DNA from: Tubiluchus corallicola
Taxonomy: Eukaryota; Animalia; Priapulida
DNA: 64,000 nt
Assembly: GCA_030141605.1 (NCBI GenBank)
Contig: JAQGDQ010000491.1
Location: 62,001-126,000, forward strand
Reading direction: 5' to 3'
Made by a program: the position numbers and the translations under genes. Below the pieces are notes generated by a model. It saw only the letters and a list, made by a program, of their open reading frames with translations, was not told the origin of the DNA and made no database searches. Positions 58,047 to 64,000 of the stretch are shown piece by piece. Positions within the stretch are counted from its first letter, which is position 1. Each line of letters begins with the position of its first letter.

Positions 58047-61000
58047 CTAACAGGATTTAAACATATCACAAAGCAGTCGTTCAATTGGTACGCTCCCAAT
58101 TGTCCTTCGAAAAAACAAATCTTCTATTGTTCTGGGACTAATTCCTCTGATTGCCGGTAGGAGGAGCAACAGTCGACCAAACCTGACCTTGGATGGCGGC
58201 TGCTGGGAAAAACTGTATTCGCTCAGCATTAATTGCGCTTGATCTTGTAACATTTCCACTTGTACTGAATCCCTCAGTCCTCGTATTTCTGTTAATTAAG
58301 TAAAAATATATTGTAATTATAAAACTGAGAAAAATTAAGCAAGCAATGCGCCATGTAGGATAAATAAAAAATAAAATTAATTTATTTTTATAATTGTTTA
58401 TCTATACTATCATCTTTAAGGAGCACTCGTATGAGGCACGTAAATTCTCAATTGTGCAAAAATAACAAATAACATTGTGTACCCCTTCTTAATTATTAAT
58501 AAATTATAAATCTCTGCACGTACCTGATTTAAATAAGACTATAGCTTTAAGACAAGCCGACTCGGTAGCATCTACGCGAAGAGAATTAAAACGACTAAAG
58601 ATTTCCCGCATTGTCCGCACTTCGGTAACAATGTTCGGGCTTCGAATGTCAGAAGATAACTTTTCGGGCATTGGTATTCCAGTGGTGGCGAAAATAGAGC
58701 CTGAAAAATGTATTGTATTTCGTGAAATTTCTTATATTTACATTAAAAATAAAAGCAATAAATGCATAAAACAGTGAAAAAATTTATAAGCTTCCTGTTG
58801 GTTTACAGTAGGCCTACCAAGTCCCAATAATGAACATGCAGAATAAAAGCACTTTACAAACACGTTCATTAATGATGTATTGAAATGTTTTTCAGCATTT
58901 GCACAGCTAGTGCACACAAGATTTAAATATAGCTTCAATGACACTATATTTAATATAGCATGAATGTGGTGAATTGGAAAATTTATTAAGGTGTTATAAT
59001 CAGGACTCTCTTGAAGTCAATTAGACTCTTACAACAACACACAAGTTTGTTATATATCAGGCAGTAGTAACAACGGTGAATTCAAACACAAGGAAAAACT
59101 TCTGAAATTAAACGTGCATCATTGCTACCAAAATTCATGATCCCACCCATGTCCAATCAGACGGAAGAATTGGCACAACGCTGTCTTATCAAATGCTCTG
59201 TGATTAAGTTAACGACGTTATAACGGACGTTATAGATAACCGCTTATGATGTGAAAGTAAAAAGATAGTTAATCACAAAAAAGTTTATTAATAATGACGA
59301 TATTTTGGGAAACAACTGCTTTCTTTATCCAAGTTAAATAATGTAAAATAAATAAAGGTTGATATTAATTTTTAGGGTATTAACAAGAGTTTTTTTTACA
59401 AAATGACAGATGTTTGTTTTTGTTGACACATCAAGTTACCGGCACTGCAATTGAATTAAATTAGTCCCTGTCAGGTTTAACTTCATGCTATAAACTTTCA
59501 TAATAAACACCATAATTAGTGACTTCACTTCGAACTGCGAATCGAGTACAGAGGCAGCAGAGTATGACCAAGAACTGGGGTTTATCATTGAACTAAACGG
59601 CAAGAGGCCTAGGACATCGTCAGAGTTCTGGTCTATAAACGGCAAGAGACCTAGGACATTGCACGAGTTGTGGTCTATGTACCTCATTAAACGATGCAAG
59701 GACCTTTATAACTAGACTTTAGTAACAGAGGTTTTTGACATATATTATATTCCTGCGCAAGATCAATAATTATTAATGTTTGTTTAATTTGCATTAATGT
59801 ATGTAATGTAATGTGCTTTTGACGACATGTGTATTATGTATATGTACAATTTATTTTTTCAGTACATTTTAACCTTCTTCTCAGCGTATTTAATGCATGT
59901 AATTTTAGTACGTACTTCATGATCGTGTATGTAAAATCATACGTTTTCAATGCATTTAAATGTTCTTCTAATATATTTTAATGTCCATATCTGCCCCTCT
60001 TTGTCCCTAATCTAATTTAATTAAAATTATGTATATATATATATATATACCATAGATACACATAATTTTAATTACAATAGTTATTAACACAACTAATTAT
60101 TAATTATTAACACATAACACAATTAATTAACAATTAATATATCGTATATATTAATTGTTAATTAATTGCGTTATGTGTTTTATATATATATATACAACGA
60201 AAAAATTCTAAATTCACAAACCAATATCTATAGGCAACCCCAATTGTGCCGCACTGAGAATAAACAATTCGCTCCATCCTTCCTCCAGGAGAATTGCTTG
60301 ATCTCGGAAGGGAAGTTGCAGAAAGGAAGGGATGCTCCGCGCCCACTTGACAGACATAAAAAGGATTCTCGCTGCCGATTCGTAGATATTTTCTGATGGT
60401 GTAAATCTTGGTAAGGCAGCAAAAGAGCTGTCTGGTGCCATGCTACTGTGCGGAAGAAAAGGCCGGTGTAACGGTACACAGCTTGGCGTCACCAATTGTG
60501 GTCCATTAGAACCTGAAATATTCAAACAAAAAATAGCAAAAAGGAATAATAAGACTGTGATACTAAACGCAGGTGCTAAGTGAACCAGTGGTCATTAGCA
60601 GTTACCATGTTTTACTATGTATCGCTGAGAGAGGATGAATGTGGCTAAGATATCCAGGGATGTATTAACCATTAGGCTAACTAGACTATAGCCTAGGCGT
60701 CAAAGTTTAAGGGGCGTCACATTTTAGAAAAACATCTTATTCTCATTGGAAAACATGTATACTTTCACATTCATGTAACGGGCGCGTTTTATAACACACC
60801 ACAGACAGTTATGAACACAGCTTTTATATAAGCACCACATAACGAACAGGTGCAAGGTATTACACAATAAGCATTTGCAGTCTGCTTGAACATAAGCGCT
60901 ATGTAAATACATGTAAATTAATAACGACACCTAGAAACTAGGTTAATAGTGTTTCTAATACACCACAAGTAATTGTTTAATCTGCTCATTACATAAACAA

Positions 61001-61809
61001 CCATAAATTCACAATAAAGATGGGCAGGACAGAACTATCAGCCTAGGGCGTCGTAATGTCTTGATACGCCGCAGACCATGCTTTGCTATGTTTTGTTAAG
61101 AGAGGATGAATGTGGCTAAGACACGTCTCTTGGTTCGGTGCCTCATTTTAGAAAATGATCATTGACAACAAGATTAGTTCTAATTGTACAACTACAACAG
61201 TTGCATCGACTAAAGTCGTACGTATGTCGTAGCGATATACTCAATACAGTCGAAAAAATTTCCTAACTTTTAAATGAACATAGAATGAAAACCATTGTTT
61301 CACAAATGCATCTTTCAGTCATTCTAATTTACAATGAAAATTTAACTTAATTAACGTAAAATTTAATTAGGTACCACTGATATCCCATTTTACAAAAGAT
61401 AAACCTATTCATAATCAGAATTCCTAAATAACGTTTACTTCATTCTTACTTATTCTGTCTTTGTTGTCCTGTGCACTTCTTTCACTCGGCGTTGACGATT
61501 CTGGGGAGACATTCTCGCGTGGCGATGACGTCACATCCGGTTGAGATTCGCTTAGGTTTGTGTTTTCCGGAGCCCCTCTATCAGCAATGGTGGGAATAAA
61601 CACGTGACTTTGGTATTGCATGTCAGAAGCGATTCCCATAGGTGGGCTATACTGAGTAAAAGGTGCATAATCAAGTCTTGGGTGGGTCAGTAAAGATGGG
61701 TGGGTCGTATCGGCTGCTGGACCACTGTCTGAGGAAAATTTGTTTCCAAGCGGACTAGCGTCGTCTCTCTTGTACTGATAGCATCTTGGCGCCCTCTCGT
61801 GTTGAACAG
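58047..61809 (-). CDS. NR2E-subfamily nuclear receptor (PNR/TLX-like), partial: T-box, hinge and ligand-binding domain; exons 61809-61450, 60512-60222, 58700-58524, 58288-58047
   Basis: [10 protein letters not shown]-box; [44 protein letters not shown]; [10 protein letters not shown]; [10 protein letters not shown]; [22 protein letters not shown]. All junctions are phase 1 GT-AG. Zinc-finger exons not seen in the window. Confidence 0.92.
60655..61074. mobile_element. Degenerate hAT-like element flanked by a ~47-bp direct repeat
   Basis: cagggatgtattaa..taggctaactagactatagcctagg start resembles the 39226 element; flanks accatg.ttt.ctatgt...agagaggatgaatgtggctaaga at 60605-60650 and 61075-61121. 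Confidence 0.5.
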
Positions 61810-61859
61810 CTGAAACAAGATTATGATAAAACTAATTCAGTTTCAGATTTTTTTTATAA

Positions 61860-61970
61860 GTATCACTATCATTCTAATGCTCATCACTGTCATCATCATC
61901 ATCGCTATCATCGTCATCATTATTATCATCAACATCACCACCATCGTCGCCGTCATCATCATCATCATCA
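61860..61970. repeat. (CAT)n-rich trinucleotide repeat
   Basis: Direct reading; intronic. Confidence 0.85.
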
Positions 61971-63259
61971 ATAAATTGAAAAACATCAGCTTTCTTCTAT
62001 TGTTCTTCTTTCTTCTTCGTGTATAGTTACTTAAAATATTTTATTTTACTTGTTTTTTTTTAAATTTCAGTCGCAACTGTATAAAAAGTTCTGTTATTCG
62101 GCACATTCACAAATTGATGTGAATTTTGGACAGTTCAAGAAATTGTTGAGGTTTTCTGCGTTTTCACAGAAAATTACCAAACGAAATTATTTTTGAAAAT
62201 TTATTTAATATTGATTGATGCTGTTTTTTCCGTGTGCGGCCTGTGCTAGTTGCAGCATGTCAAACAGCTAAGCTAGTCAGGTTTTTCGTCTTTTGTAGAG
62301 CATTGAAATTGTTTTGGTTTACCAAAAAGCAGACTTACTTATTCATCTTCTTGTCTGTCTGCCAGCCCTATTGTTTGGCTGTTTGCTTATATCTCTCTCA
62401 ATCTATCTATTTGTATGTTTGTCTACTTACTATTTAATTAATTATCTTATTAGTTACTTAATTTGTTTATTTATGGTACTTATCATTTGGTACGATAAGA
62501 TTTGTATTTGAAACATGGCGCAAAGCTGGTCCAGATTTTCATTGTCAAAAGCAACACCCATGGTTTTTAAACGTAATACATAAAAATTTGTCATTACTAT
62601 CGCAACTGAATTGTTAGTATCTCGAAAATCAAGGAGTCAGTCAGGAACGGGAAACGGCTACAGAATCGGTCTATAACGGAACCGAACGATCGCAAAAATT
62701 CTCTTTTCAACGTCAAATAATATGATATTTCATTTCGACTATTCATTTCACTTAATCGACGTCTAATCGAGCTTTGGCTGTGTTAGCAAATAAGCCTTGG
62801 TCTCAATACGCCTGAGAATGAGCAGATGGAGACAGTGTTAGACCTTAGCGCTGGTCGATTCTCTACTGAGACTAAGTGTCCTAGGCATCGATCTGTCTGC
62901 TTAGGGCACGCCCATACTGAGCGCAAACATCAACCACAGTGCTCTCTGCTCTCGTATGTACAAGATCATTAATAAAATATTCCTAGCTACTGCCCTTAGG
63001 TACTCATGTTAAACAGGCGTTTACTTTTTCCGTGCTAAACTGGTGTTTAGTTTTTCCAAAGTTTCCTAAGATCAGTTTTCTATTACAGATATTTAAAAAC
63101 ATTTATAGTAAAAAAACCACGACTTTATTAAAACTTTTAATTTACATAGTTAAAAAATAATGTCAAACGTTTCAACAGAGCTACAGCTGTCGTCATCAGT
63201 GGTAAATTTTTGCAAACATACAACCCGTTTATATAGGCAGAGCATACAGTATAGAACAT

Positions 63260-63497
63260 TATGCACTAATTGTGTATTTAACAGAAACCAAACAGGTACT
63301 GAATTAGCAGACCAGTAGAAAAGTAATTGATACAATAAATTTTGCACTAATTATGTATTTACAAAAAGCCAAATAGGTAATATTTAAGCAGATCTGTAGA
63401 AAAGAAATTGATACAATAAATTTTGCACTAATTATGTAATTACAAAAAGCCAAATAGGTAATATTTAAGCAGATCTGTAGAAAAGAAATTGATACAG
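63260..63497. repeat. ~80-bp tandem repeat, ~3 copies
   Basis: tgcactaatt.tgt..tt.acaaaaagccaaataggtaatatttaagcagatctgtagaaaagaaattgataca units. Confidence 0.85.
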
Positions 63498-64000
63498 TAA
63501 CAAATAGCTAAGTGTTTGAGAATAAAGTTAAAGAAATTGAACTGCTTTGTACATTAAGAGAAGGCTTATTAGGGTATATAGGTAATCTTTCTTTTATTAA
63601 TAAGTCCCAGTTATTTGTAGCTCTGGTCACAATTATTAAAATCAGCTTTGTGGCCAGAGTCACAAGCACAAATATGATCATTAATGCTGGATTGAGGAGA
63701 ATATTTTAATTTCTTGCCAGTTCTAGACGAAATACCCAAATGATCATAAATTGCAAGTTCAACCGCAGTTGCTTTACTACAAGAATTGCTTACAATTAAA
63801 TAACATCACATAATATTTTACTGTTTTTGTGTTTGTCGCCTTTTTATGTAACGTCAACATCATGCGCATCATATGACGTTAGGTACGTTTCATTTCCGTA
63901 ATCACTTTCCAAAATCATATGCATAATGTTTATTTCAGAACAAAAATATAAATAACTTCGAGACGAATCTAAATCCTCTTGTGCGTTCTGCTTCAAGCAG

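Noticed and set aside
61430-61440. Donor at 61438 (GAA|gtaaac) for the receptor hinge exon
   Set aside because: Phase 0, incompatible with the phase-1 next exon; the donor at 61449 (A|gtaaga) fits.
61786-62026. His-rich and Ile-rich ORFs (also 50137-50437)
   Set aside because: Translations of (CAT)n simple repeats.
62790-62930. GC-richer stretch possibly a SINE or ncRNA
   Set aside because: No clear A/B boxes or cloverleaf; cannot be supported.

Overview
This is an AT-rich, intron-rich animal (invertebrate-like) genomic window, not a prokaryotic one. (1) A complete myosin VIIa (MYO7A/crinkled-type) gene lies on + from ATG 425 to TGA 45643. Hand-splicing gives 45 coding exon positions, 6495 nt and 2164 aa: motor, 5 IQ, SAH-like region, MyTH4-FERM, SH3, MyTH4-FERM. 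Its splicing architecture is unusual. There are two pairs of mutually exclusive exons in the motor domain (loop-4 region and relay helix). The exon between them begins with GTAAGT and so rebuilds a consensus donor after splicing. There is also a U12-type AT-AC intron, a misplaced copy of part of exon 13, and a triplicated acceptor. (2) A 5'-truncated LINE reverse-transcriptase copy lies on - (~47840-49480). (3) A two-exon galactose-3-O-sulfotransferase-like gene lies on - (50772-53452). (4) The hinge/ligand-binding half of an NR2E-subfamily nuclear receptor lies on - (58047-61809); its DNA-binding-domain exons were not found and presumably lie beyond the window end. Introns carry many hAT-, Tigger/pogo- and Kolobok-like non-autonomous elements, LINE remnants, palindromes and tandem repeats. 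All calls are by eye; no database search was run.
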